Shown one piece after another: positions 28,973 through 38,316 of a DNA stretch of 64,000 bases. Location: assembly GCA_963664405.1 (NCBI GenBank), contig OY761158.1, forward strand, positions 4,640,001 to 4,704,000, written 5' to 3'. The DNA is from Thermoanaerobaculia bacterium. Its GTDB lineage: Bacteria > Acidobacteriota > Thermoanaerobaculia > Multivoradales > Multivoraceae. Under the pieces are notes generated by a model that was not told the DNA's origin, ran no database searches, and was given only the letters and a program-made list of their open reading frames with translations. Each line of letters begins with the position of its first letter. Positions within the stretch are counted from its first letter, which is position 1. Position numbers and translations under genes: made by a program.

Positions 28973-30339
28973 GAGTCTCGCCCCGTCGCGGCGCGGCCGA
29001 CGGCTACCAGCTCGGTCAGAGTTCGGAAGTAGAGCACGCCATCGGTGATAGCGGGAGAGGAGAGCATGCGTCCGCCGATATCATTCTGTGCGAGAACCTC
29101 GAGCTCTTTGGCGGCAGCCACGACAAAGGTGACGCCGTCTTCGGAGTTGAAGTACACCTTGCCGTCGCCGGCCACCGCGGACGCGACGAAACTGAACCTG
29201 CCGCCGCCGAGTCTGTGTTCGTAGTGCTTTTCCCCGGTCTTGGCGTCGAACACCGCCAGCACGCCGTTGTCCCGGCCGACGTAGTGCAGCCCTTCGTAGA
29301 CGACGGTCGTGGGCATATAGGAGCCGCCGCGCTCCTTCGCCCATGCCAGCTGCTCGGTGGTGAGCGCTCCAGTGGCGCTGGTCGGCACGACGTAGATCGG
29401 ACTGCCGCCACCATGCGAGCTCGTCAGGTAGATCAGGTTGTCGACGACGAAGGGTGTCGGGGTCGGAATGTCCCCGGTCCCGGCCATAGACCACAGCTGA
29501 GCACCGCTGCCGAAATCATAGCCGCCGATGTGGCGATAGCCGTTGACGATGACCTGTTTGCGCTCCCCGTCGTCGTGCACCGTCGGGGTGGACCAGGTCG
29601 GGACATCCTTACGTGCCACGCGCCAGATCTCAGCGCCATCTTCGACCCTGAAGGCGGCGAGAAAAGACCCTCTCTGCACGTCGGCCTGAACGATGATGCG
29701 GCCCTCGTCGAGTACCGGTGAGGCCGCGTAGCCCCACTGCGCTTGCGGCGCCCTGAAGAAGCCGGAGTCGAGTAGGCCGAGGTCCTTTCTCCAGCGCAGA
29801 GTGCCGTCTAGATCGTAAACGAAGAGCCCTTCGGACCCGAAGGAGACGACTAAATTTTCGCCGTCGGTCGCCGCGCTCGGGTTGGCGTGAGTCGACTTCA
29901 GATGCCGCTTGATTTGCGGTACCGTCTCGATTGCGGTCCGCTGCCAGAGGACCTCGCCGGTGTTGCGGTCGAGGCAATAGACCGCGTAGCGATGGACCGA
30001 GTCGTCGATCACTGGATCAATATCGCCGTAGAGGCCGGTGCGGATTCCCGCGTCGTCCTTTTCGCTGACAGCCGTGGTCACGAAGAGCTTGTCGCCCCAT
30101 ATGACTGGGCTCGAGTGGCCCAGACCAGGGATCGGCGTCCGCCACAGAATGCCGGTGCCGCTTTCGCCATTCCATTCGACCGGCAACGGCGACCCGTCGG
30201 CCACGCCGCGGGCTCCCTGCCCGCGGAACTGGGGCCATTGCTGAGCGGCCACGTTCTGGCCCGCGACCCACACCAAGAGCGCCGCCAGAACTGGAACCAG
30301 ACCCGAATAGCGTCCGCGGCGGAGACTCATACTCAACAT
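28969..30339 (-). CDS. PQQ-like (BamB-type) beta-propeller, secreted
   Basis: QWPQFRG, IPGLGHSSPVIWG, WGYAASP, WSTP, GDIPTPTP. Confidence 0.88.
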   Translation of the reverse strand: MLSMSLRRGRYSGLVPVLAALLVWVAGQNVAAQQWPQFRGQGARGVADGSPLPVEWNGESGTGILWRTPIPGLGHSSPVIWGDKLFVTTAVSEKDDAGIRTGLYGDIDPVIDDSVHRYAVYCLDRNTGEVLWQRTAIETVPQIKRHLKSTHANPSAATDGENLVVSFGSEGLFVYDLDGTLRWRKDLGLLDSGFFRAPQAQWGYAASPVLDEGRIIVQADVQRGSFLAAFRVEDGAEIWRVARKDVPTWSTPTVHDDGERKQVIVNGYRHIGGYDFGSGAQLWSMAGTGDIPTPTPFVVDNLIYLTSSHGGGSPIYVVPTSATGALTTEQLAWAKERGGSYMPTTVVYEGLHYVGRDNGVLAVFDAKTGEKHYEHRLGGGRFSFVASAVAGDGKVYFNSEDGVTFVVAAAKELEVLAQNDIGGRMLSSPAITDGVLYFRTLTELVAVGRAATGRDS

Positions 30340-30395
30340 GCGGGAACTGTATCGGATCGTCGGCGCTCGCTCGACAGTTCTAGCTCGACGCGCTC

Positions 30396-31205
30396 CTAGC
30401 GCCCCTTGAATCGAGGCTCGCGCTTCTCCTGGAAGGAGCGCACGCCTTCTTCGCCGTCTTCACTGGCCTCGCACACACTCTGCGCGAAGGCTTCGTAGGC
30501 GGTGATGCTGTCGAAACTGTCACCTTCGAAGGTGCGGAAGGCGATCTTCTTCATGAACTCGATCGCCAGCGAGGGCCCCGAGGCGATCTGCTCCGCGATC
30601 TCGCGGCAGGCGGGCAGGAGCTGGTCGGCGGCAACGACCCGATTGACCAGACCGAGCTCGAGCGACCGTTCTGCGCCGATGATCTCTCCGCTGTACATGA
30701 ACTCCAGTGCCGGCCCGAGCCCCATGATCTTGACCAGAAAGTAGATGCCGCCGTTGTCGGGCACGCGCCCACGTTTGACGAAGAGCGCCCCGAGCTTGGC
30801 GTCCTCCGAGGCGATGCGAAAGTCACACATGAGACCGGCGGAGAGTGCTCCACCGAGGGCGTGCCCGTTGAAGGCGCCGATGACCGGTTTGCGGCAGCGC
30901 CACAGGGCGTACTGCAACTGGCCTCCCAGCGAAAGGGGCAGCAGCCGGGTGCCGCGAGGGAACTCGGGCCCATAAGGCGCCACTCCCGCCAGCTTGGGGT
31001 CCGAGAAATCGCGCCCGGCCGACCAGGCGCGCCCTGCGCCGGTCCAGATCACGCACTTGATGTCGTCGTTTCGCTCCACCTCCTCGAAGGCGGCGACGAG
31101 AGAATCCATCATGTCCATCGATTGGGCGTTGAGCTTGTGCGGCCGGTTCATGGTCAGAGTGACCACCCCACCGTCTTCTTCCCAGATCACATCCTTCAGT
31201 TCCAT
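30396..31205 (-). CDS. Enoyl-CoA hydratase/isomerase (crotonase) family
   Basis: LTMNRPHKLNA, TGAGRAWSAG, KPVIGAFNGHALGG, CDFRIASE, EGVRSFQEKREPRF. Confidence 0.93.
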   Translation of the reverse strand: MELKDVIWEEDGGVVTLTMNRPHKLNAQSMDMMDSLVAAFEEVERNDDIKCVIWTGAGRAWSAGRDFSDPKLAGVAPYGPEFPRGTRLLPLSLGGQLQYALWRCRKPVIGAFNGHALGGALSAGLMCDFRIASEDAKLGALFVKRGRVPDNGGIYFLVKIMGLGPALEFMYSGEIIGAERSLELGLVNRVVAADQLLPACREIAEQIASGPSLAIEFMKKIAFRTFEGDSFDSITAYEAFAQSVCEASEDGEEGVRSFQEKREPRFKGR

Positions 31206-31242
31206 TTTTTCTCCAGACGAGCCGACTCGAGTGTCGATCGGG

Positions 31243-34026
31243 CTAGCCGACGTTCACCCAGATCGGTGAGCTCCAGGCGGTCTGACCGTCGATCTGCACC
31301 ACCCTGACGTAGTAGTAGTTGAGGCCCTCTTCGGGCTCCATGTCTTGATAGACAAAATCGATCGCGGCCTCCCCTGGGGCGCTGCGATAGATGGAGACGT
31401 TGTTGCGCAGGATCTCGACGTTGGCGATCTCTCCAGTTCCCACCGCCTTCACACGAATGGACGGCACGCGGTCGGCGGAGAGCTCATCGCCCATGAAGTG
31501 ATCGCCGATCCAGAACTCGAGCACGATGTTGTCGGTCGCGGCGTAGGCCCGCCTCTGTCGCATCGCCTCGAGCACCGCCTCGCGAGTGCGCTCCTCGGTC
31601 CACACCATGGCGTAGGAGATGTGAGTAGAGAGATGGTCGGAGCTGGCGATGACCCCGAGGCGATAACCCTTGGCCCAGGCGTTGGAGACGAAGCCGGCAT
31701 CTTCGGTCTGGGTCAGCACGTTCTGCGCCTCCGAGCCAACATCGGTGAGCGGTGCCCCCGGCATCTCGTAGCTGTGCCGATCGCCCTGAAAGATCTCCAC
31801 CAGAGGCTCGATCTCAGGGTCATTATCGCGCCAATCGGTACCCATAGTGGTGGCGCTGGTGTGGGGGATGGTGATGCCTCCGCTCCGGCGCACCTCCTCG
31901 TAGAGGAGCTTGGTGTCGTCCTCCTGCACCGAGGGTGCTCCATTGTGGTAGCGGATGTTGGGAAAGGTCGAGTAGCTGGTTTTCTCGAAGAAGGGCACAG
32001 GAAAGTGACCCCGTCGCGCGTGAATGATGTTGCGATGGCCCATCGGGTAGTTGATCGAGCGCTCGTAACCGAACATGGCCACGTAGCGCTCGGGGGCGTG
32101 GAACATGTCGGCAAGCTTTTCTTCCAACCACCACCAGTACTCGCGCTCGGCACCGTTCTGATGATCGGTGATGAGGCCAAAGTCCATCGCGGCAGCGTCG
32201 AGCATGTAGCGGTAGAAGTCGAGGACCGAGCCGTCGGGCACACCCCGTAGATCCATCGAAAGCTCGGTGTGCCTGTGGGTATCGCCGCGCAGGATGCCAA
32301 GGCTCTTGCCCCCAACCCGAACTCTCCACGAGCGGATCCGCGCGACGTCTTCCTCCTCATCCGCGTGGCCGGCACTTCGCGCTGGAAACGGCGCTGCGAT
32401 GCCCTCGCCGAGCCGCTGCCCTGGCGCTCCACCCGGCTCCCACCTTGCGGCGTAAATGTTCTCCACCACGGTCTCCTCGGGCAGAGTGATCATTGCGCCA
32501 AAAGTGGGAAAGTTGTCGCGCGGCCATGCCAGCCACAGGCCACCCTCCGCCGACGGCGTGGCCGCTGTAGCCATGCTCAGCCTTCCCACGCTGTAGGGCA
32601 CCGTCGCCGGCCTGCTCCAGCCGCTCTCAGTCATTGTCGTGGCGTAGAGCTGCCAATACTGAGCGTAGGCACCTGCGCTCTCCATCGCCCGCAGCAGCAA
32701 CGTTACTCGACCCCTGGCGTCCACCGCCAACTGAGGACTCGAGAGAGAGGGGTTCTTGGTCTTTGTGTAGTGAAGACGGGCACGGGCGGGGAAGAGAGTG
32801 GCGAGCTCGGGTTGCGCCGCGCTCATCTGGCCGGAGCCGAGCACCCGTACCTGGACCAGACGTTCCCGGTTGAGCATCGATCCTGCCTGGCGATCTTCGT
32901 CGACGAGGAGGCCCTGATCTTTTCCCCAGCCCTCCTCTCCGACCTCGTACGCGATCCATACCCGTCCGTCGTTGTCGGTGGCCAGACTGGGCCTGGCTTC
33001 GAAGAAAGGGGTTGCGGCGATCTCGCGGATCTCACCCAGGTCTCGGTCGACACGGCGCATCAAGACGTCGTAATTACCTCGATCGTAGCTATCCCATGCG
33101 ACCTGCACCGCGCCGTTGGAGCCGACCGTGACCGCCGGGGTCCAATCGTTGGCCTCGCTGGTGGAGATGCGTCGCTCCTGCGACCAGGCCTTACCGTCGT
33201 AGCTCATATAGAAGATGTCGGATTGGCCTTTGCGGAACCCCTGCCATACCAGGTGGAGAGTGCCGTCTGGGCCGCGCGCGATCTGGTGATTGAAATCCCC
33301 TTCCGGAGCCGACGTGAGGCGCTCGAGACGCCCCCAGTGCTCGCCGTCGAACCAGCGGCCATAGAGGTCGAAGTTGGCGGCAAAGAGGTCTTGCTGTGCC
33401 CAGACCACCCACAGCCGCCCGCCCGCGTCGAAAGCGAGAGTGGGGCGCCACACATCGCCGGTCACGCCGGGGACTGGATTCCAGTGGCCCCAGAGCCCAC
33501 TCTCGGGGTTGCGACGCGCAAGACGGATCTCCTCGCGTCGGCCGGAGTAGCTGGCCCAGGCCATCCACACTTCTTCGCGATTGTCGTGATTCGACACGAT
33601 GGAGGGGTAGTCGTCGCTGCGGAAGTCTTCGCTCATCCGCACCGCGTCGTGGAAGCGCGGGTCGAGGTCCGGGTAGGGGGCCGGCTGGCGCGGGTGGTTG
33701 TAGTCGCTGGCCCATTCGGGCATCGGGGGGTCGTCATGGTTGATCTCGAACCAGGCGGGGGCGTCCTGGCGCACTCTGCCCGGAGCGAATGGATGAGCGC
33801 CCGATCCCGGATTGCGGCCGGTGCCGTCGAAGACAGCCTCAGCATCACTCTTGCCGGGTCGCAACGGCGGGAAGTCACGGCTAGGAGGCGCCGGTGCGTT
33901 GTCGCTGGAAAGGACCGGTGCCTGTGCCTCTTGGGGCCAGGCCGGCTGCACGAAAAGGACCGAAGCGAGGATGCCCAGTGCGATCGGAATGAGCCCGCTC
34001 AGGGGCCTTGGTGATCTGCTCTTCAT
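31243..34026 (-). CDS. Secreted protein: N-terminal propeller-like repeats plus C-terminal PHP/DUF3604-like domain
   Basis: RGDTHRHTELS, ITDH, GHRN, IPHTSA, ASSDH, YAATDNI, YYYVRV..WSSPIWV. Confidence 0.8.
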   Translation of the reverse strand: MKSRSPRPLSGLIPIALGILASVLFVQPAWPQEAQAPVLSSDNAPAPPSRDFPPLRPGKSDAEAVFDGTGRNPGSGAHPFAPGRVRQDAPAWFEINHDDPPMPEWASDYNHPRQPAPYPDLDPRFHDAVRMSEDFRSDDYPSIVSNHDNREEVWMAWASYSGRREEIRLARRNPESGLWGHWNPVPGVTGDVWRPTLAFDAGGRLWVVWAQQDLFAANFDLYGRWFDGEHWGRLERLTSAPEGDFNHQIARGPDGTLHLVWQGFRKGQSDIFYMSYDGKAWSQERRISTSEANDWTPAVTVGSNGAVQVAWDSYDRGNYDVLMRRVDRDLGEIREIAATPFFEARPSLATDNDGRVWIAYEVGEEGWGKDQGLLVDEDRQAGSMLNRERLVQVRVLGSGQMSAAQPELATLFPARARLHYTKTKNPSLSSPQLAVDARGRVTLLLRAMESAGAYAQYWQLYATTMTESGWSRPATVPYSVGRLSMATAATPSAEGGLWLAWPRDNFPTFGAMITLPEETVVENIYAARWEPGGAPGQRLGEGIAAPFPARSAGHADEEEDVARIRSWRVRVGGKSLGILRGDTHRHTELSMDLRGVPDGSVLDFYRYMLDAAAMDFGLITDHQNGAEREYWWWLEEKLADMFHAPERYVAMFGYERSINYPMGHRNIIHARRGHFPVPFFEKTSYSTFPNIRYHNGAPSVQEDDTKLLYEEVRRSGGITIPHTSATTMGTDWRDNDPEIEPLVEIFQGDRHSYEMPGAPLTDVGSEAQNVLTQTEDAGFVSNAWAKGYRLGVIASSDHLSTHISYAMVWTEERTREAVLEAMRQRRAYAATDNIVLEFWIGDHFMGDELSADRVPSIRVKAVGTGEIANVEILRNNVSIYRSAPGEAAIDFVYQDMEPEEGLNYYYVRVVQIDGQTAWSSPIWVNVG

Positions 34027-34055
34027 CGCCTACCTCCAAAGATCGGCCGCGCTGC

Positions 34056-36644
34056 TCAGTCGCCCGAGCGTTGGGTACCCACCCAGAAGGGGCTGGAGAA
34101 GGCGAGGCCGCCATCGAGTTGTGCTACTCGCACATAGTAGTAGTCGCCGGGCTGGTTGTCCTCGAGATCGGTGAAGCGCACTTCCTGGTCGAGGGGAGCC
34201 TCCGGCTCGACCACCTGCACGACGATGCGGTCGCTGTGCTCGTCGACCCTGAAGTCGACCTCGGCGCGCCCGTCGACGAGCTGGTTGAGCTCGATCGAGA
34301 TCTCGGCCGCCGGGATCATCGCAGGCGGTCGAACGTTGCCCGCACTCGACCCTCTTTCTTCGTTGGCCACCAGGCGAAAATGGAGTGAGCTGCTGCGGCT
34401 CGCTCCGTCGAGCTCGACCAGCATAGTGTCCATGCGTCCGCGGGTCTGGGCGTAGAAGTGAATCAGGTTCTCGTTCTCCTCGTCGACCCTGGCCGATTCT
34501 GAATAGTGATTGTCGAAACCTGGGGTCTCAACCTGAGTGACACTTGCGTCTTCGACCCGGACGCTTCCTTCCCAAACTCGGTAGGGTCTGGGGTTGTCAC
34601 GCTGAGGAAAAAATACCTCAGAGGAGGATTCGAAGCCGATCTGGAGCCACGATCTCGGCTCGAGTGAGGCCGTCAGATAGTCGCGAGTAAAGACGACTTC
34701 GCCGTTCTTGATCACGTCGATGTGGTCGATCGGGCTTGTGCCCATGACGCGGCACTCGATCTCGCGGCGCGCCGCCTGTTCTTGGCGGGTGCCCATCGGG
34801 TGACCGTTGACCTCAACATCCAGGATGATGCGCTCGCTGGTAGTGGCATAGGCGGAGAGGGAGCGCAGAGCGTCGAAGATGGCGTCGGTGCTCTTCTCTT
34901 CGGCCCAGACCGCGGCGATGCCGGCGCGCTGAGTCAGAAAGGGGTAGCGAAGTGGAGTCCCGTAGCCCGGGTTGGTGCGGTGGTCGTCGGACGCCCCGAT
35001 GAAGCCGATCTCGAAACCGGCCTGGAGATAGAGGTTGCCGAACCATTCGAAAGTGCCGTGGACCGAGGCGACTTCCACCAGTCTTTCGAGTTGGCTGTCG
35101 TTGCGGGTCCAGTCGGCGGCGTTGTGCGCGTGCGGGATGATGAGCACGTCCTCCGGGTCGTTGTCCTGGTGCAGACCCTGGTAGAGAAGTGCGAGATCGT
35201 TGTGGGTCTGTACCGGAACTCGGGTGCGTCCAGGGTTGCGGAAGAGAACGTTGTGATGGCCGCCCTGGCGACGCTGCGCCGACCACTCGTAGCCGAGAAA
35301 GGTGATGAACTCACCCTCTTCGCTGTACTGACGGGAGAGCTCGCTGAGGCGCTTCCACTCCCAGTCGTCCATCAGGGCGTCGTGCTCGGAGAGAGTCAGA
35401 AAGTCCAAGCGGGCGTCATCCCGGCCGGAGCGGTAGTAGCTGTCGGCCGAGCCTTGGCCCTCGGCGAAGCCGCAGTGGCCGTGGGTCTCCCCCCAGAAGA
35501 CCCGCCTCGGCGCGCCCTCCCTCACCCATAGAGGGTTGGCGGCGCCTGTGACCAGACCATCCGCGGTGCGGAAGGTGAAGCGGTGCACTCCCGGATTGTC
35601 GAGGGTGATCTCCTCCACGACCGTGATCGCGCTAGACGAGGCATCGACCTTGCCCCAGGGCTCCCCGTCGAGAAGGATCTCGTAAGCGGGGATCGCGCCG
35701 CTGGGCCGGTTGAAATAGGGGTCTTCACTGCGCACGCTGAGCTCGAAGCTCTCCCCGGGGGCTACCACCGACGGCACGAATCCACGGACCGATCGGGTGA
35801 GCGGTTGGCCGATGACGCGAAGAGCGGGCCAGCGCGGCGACAAGAAGTTCCCATCGCCCGCGAGGTCCACATATACGGGCAATAGCAGTCCATCGATGCT
35901 GAAGGTCTGTACCTGCCAGCCTCTGGACCCTCCGCTGCGGTCTCCGTAGGTGAAAGTCACGGTCTCGCCCGATTCGACCCTCCCTTCCCTGAGGCGAAAG
36001 GAGACGGTCGGGCTCGGTGCGCCACGGAAGGCGCCGTGCATACCGGCAAGCGGCACACGAGTGGTCTCGAAGCGGGCTGCCGGATTCGAGGACGCTACGG
36101 AGATGTAGTTATCGGCGGCGGCAGCTTCGTGCTGAAAATCGCCTTGATCGGACATCATCTGGCGCGCAAGCATCAGCGTCGCTCCGGGGACGAGTGCCTC
36201 GCTTCCCACCGTGTAGACCTGCTCGACCGTTGTCCAGCTGGCCGAGATCAGAGGCTCCTGCGAGGTGAAGTGGAGCTTGCCCAGGCCGTCGGGTCGCTCC
36301 TCCTTGAAGCTCAGCTCGCTGACATAGCGATCGATATCTTCGAGCACTCTCTGCGGCGGAGGCTCACCGTCGAATCGCGCCCTGGCAACCTCGTTGATGC
36401 GGACGGGGAGATAGACCGGCAGCATGCCGCCGTCGAGTGCGAAAGCGTTGGCCCACTCCCACAGTGTCGCGGCCCGTTCGTCAACCGTATCGACGCTCGT
36501 CGCACGACTTTGGGTCTCGGCCTTCAGCGACTCCACCCGCGCCCGAAGATCGGCGCTCAGATAGTCGCTCTGCTCGCCCGTCTGGCACCCCGAGTGAAGG
36601 AGTGCGCTGAGGGCGAAAAGCAGGCAGAGAGCTCGATCTTGCAT
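34056..36644 (-). CDS. DUF3604/PHP-like lipoprotein
   Basis: WGETHGHCGFAEG, LSEHD, GYEWS..GGHHNV, IPHAH, GASDDH, YATTSERI, YYYVRV..FSSPFWV. Confidence 0.82.
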   Translation of the reverse strand: MQDRALCLLFALSALLHSGCQTGEQSDYLSADLRARVESLKAETQSRATSVDTVDERAATLWEWANAFALDGGMLPVYLPVRINEVARARFDGEPPPQRVLEDIDRYVSELSFKEERPDGLGKLHFTSQEPLISASWTTVEQVYTVGSEALVPGATLMLARQMMSDQGDFQHEAAAADNYISVASSNPAARFETTRVPLAGMHGAFRGAPSPTVSFRLREGRVESGETVTFTYGDRSGGSRGWQVQTFSIDGLLLPVYVDLAGDGNFLSPRWPALRVIGQPLTRSVRGFVPSVVAPGESFELSVRSEDPYFNRPSGAIPAYEILLDGEPWGKVDASSSAITVVEEITLDNPGVHRFTFRTADGLVTGAANPLWVREGAPRRVFWGETHGHCGFAEGQGSADSYYRSGRDDARLDFLTLSEHDALMDDWEWKRLSELSRQYSEEGEFITFLGYEWSAQRRQGGHHNVLFRNPGRTRVPVQTHNDLALLYQGLHQDNDPEDVLIIPHAHNAADWTRNDSQLERLVEVASVHGTFEWFGNLYLQAGFEIGFIGASDDHRTNPGYGTPLRYPFLTQRAGIAAVWAEEKSTDAIFDALRSLSAYATTSERIILDVEVNGHPMGTRQEQAARREIECRVMGTSPIDHIDVIKNGEVVFTRDYLTASLEPRSWLQIGFESSSEVFFPQRDNPRPYRVWEGSVRVEDASVTQVETPGFDNHYSESARVDEENENLIHFYAQTRGRMDTMLVELDGASRSSSLHFRLVANEERGSSAGNVRPPAMIPAAEISIELNQLVDGRAEVDFRVDEHSDRIVVQVVEPEAPLDQEVRFTDLEDNQPGDYYYVRVAQLDGGLAFSSPFWVGTQRSGD

Positions 36645-36770
36645 TCACACTTGAATCCGGCGGGTCTGGCCAGTGGTCCCGAGGTGAGCATGAGTGTATT
36701 GTCGGAACTTAGACCGGTCAATCTACTTTCTGGCCGATTCTTCCAACTGTGATTCGGGAGGATTCAAACC

Positions 36771-38288
36771 GTGAACTCGGCGACTTTGGCGCTCGACAAT
36801 CTCGAACGTTTCGGGGAGTACCCCGCACTCCAATTTGCCGGAAGTGCCTATACCAACGTAGAGCTCGACGACTACGCTGGGCGCCTCGCCACAGTGCTCC
36901 AGGCTCGTGGGGTCGAGGCGGGCGACCGGGTCTTGGTACAGATGGCGAACTGCCCCGAGGTCATGGCTTCGTTTCAGGCGGTGTGGAAGATCGGTGGTGT
37001 TCTTCTACCCGCGCCTCCCCAGCTCGGTGCGGCTGAGGTCGGCTACCTGTTGGAGAACTCCGAGACCAAGGTGGCTCTCACCAGCGCAGATCTGGCTCCG
37101 CGACTAGAACAGGCGGCCGCTGCGGGACCGAGCTGCGAACAGATCCTGGTCTTCGGCGAGAGCGAGGTGGCTGGAGCCCTGGACATCACTGAAGCCGTGG
37201 CATCGGCGCCGCCGATCCGGGCCCTCACGGCGAGGGCAAGCGACGATCTGGCCCTGCTGCTCTATACCTCCGGCACCACGGGTAAGCCCAAGGGTGTGAT
37301 GCTCAGCCACGAGAATGTGGTGTCTCTTCCGCATCCGGCGGTAGCCGATCTCCCGCCTTTGATGCCGACTCTCCACGTTCTTCCCCTTTCTCACTCGTTC
37401 GGCGTTCTGATGATGAACCTGGGTCTCGTCAAAGGGATGAGGGCGCTCCTGCACACCCATTGGCGAGTGGAGAGTGTCTTCGAGGCCATCCGCGACTTCG
37501 AGGTGCAGCGTTTTGCCGTGGTGCCGACCATGATGACTTATATGCTCGACTTTCCCGAACGTGAGAGCTACGACACCTCGAGCCTCGAGGGCGTATGGAG
37601 CGGTGGGGCTCCACTTCCTGACGAGCTCCGCCGGGAATTCGAGCGGGTGTTCGCCTGTGAGGTACGCGACGGATACGGCATGACCGAGTCGATGGGTGCT
37701 GCCACCACCTATTGGCAGGGCGACGCCTTCCGCCCTGGGTCGGTGGGGAGGGCGATGCCGACCATGTCGATCGACATCGTCGACGAGCAGGGCCGTCGCT
37801 TGGAGGCGGGGGCTCACGGTGAAGTATTGATTGCCGGCCCGACGGTGATGTCGGGCTATTGGCGCAATGAAGAAGCTACCGCGGCGACTGTCAAAGATGG
37901 CTGGCTACACTCTGGAGATGTCGGATATCTCGACGAGGACGGCTTCCTCTACATCACCGATCGAAAAAAGGACCTCATCATCAAGGGCGGGGAGAACATC
38001 TCGCCGCGTGAGATAGAGGAGGCTCTCTACTCCCACCACTGTGTCTCCGAGGCGGTGGTGGTGGGAATTCCTCACCCCCGCTACGGCGAGGACATCTGGG
38101 CAGCGGTAGCCCTTCGCCCTGGTGCGGAGGCGAGCGAGGAAGAGCTGCGCGCTCATGTCGCCGCGCACGTGATCAAGTTCAAGGTCCCGACCCGCGTGGC
38201 CTTCTTCGACGAGTTGCCGAAAAACAATACCGGAAAGCTACAGAAGCGCGAGGTTAGAGAGCGACTCCTCGCGTCCGAAGGCGAGTAG
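36771..38288 (+). CDS. Acyl-CoA synthetase (AMP-binding)
   Basis: YTSGTTGKPKG, GYGMTE, GWLHSGD, DRKKDLIIKGGENI, LPKNNTGK. Confidence 0.95.
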   Translation: MNSATLALDNLERFGEYPALQFAGSAYTNVELDDYAGRLATVLQARGVEAGDRVLVQMANCPEVMASFQAVWKIGGVLLPAPPQLGAAEVGYLLENSETKVALTSADLAPRLEQAAAAGPSCEQILVFGESEVAGALDITEAVASAPPIRALTARASDDLALLLYTSGTTGKPKGVMLSHENVVSLPHPAVADLPPLMPTLHVLPLSHSFGVLMMNLGLVKGMRALLHTHWRVESVFEAIRDFEVQRFAVVPTMMTYMLDFPERESYDTSSLEGVWSGGAPLPDELRREFERVFACEVRDGYGMTESMGAATTYWQGDAFRPGSVGRAMPTMSIDIVDEQGRRLEAGAHGEVLIAGPTVMSGYWRNEEATAATVKDGWLHSGDVGYLDEDGFLYITDRKKDLIIKGGENISPREIEEALYSHHCVSEAVVVGIPHPRYGEDIWAAVALRPGAEASEEELRAHVAAHVIKFKVPTRVAFFDELPKNNTGKLQKREVRERLLASEGE

Positions 38289-38316
38289 TTCCTAGTGCCA
38301 TGTCGGAGACACGGCA

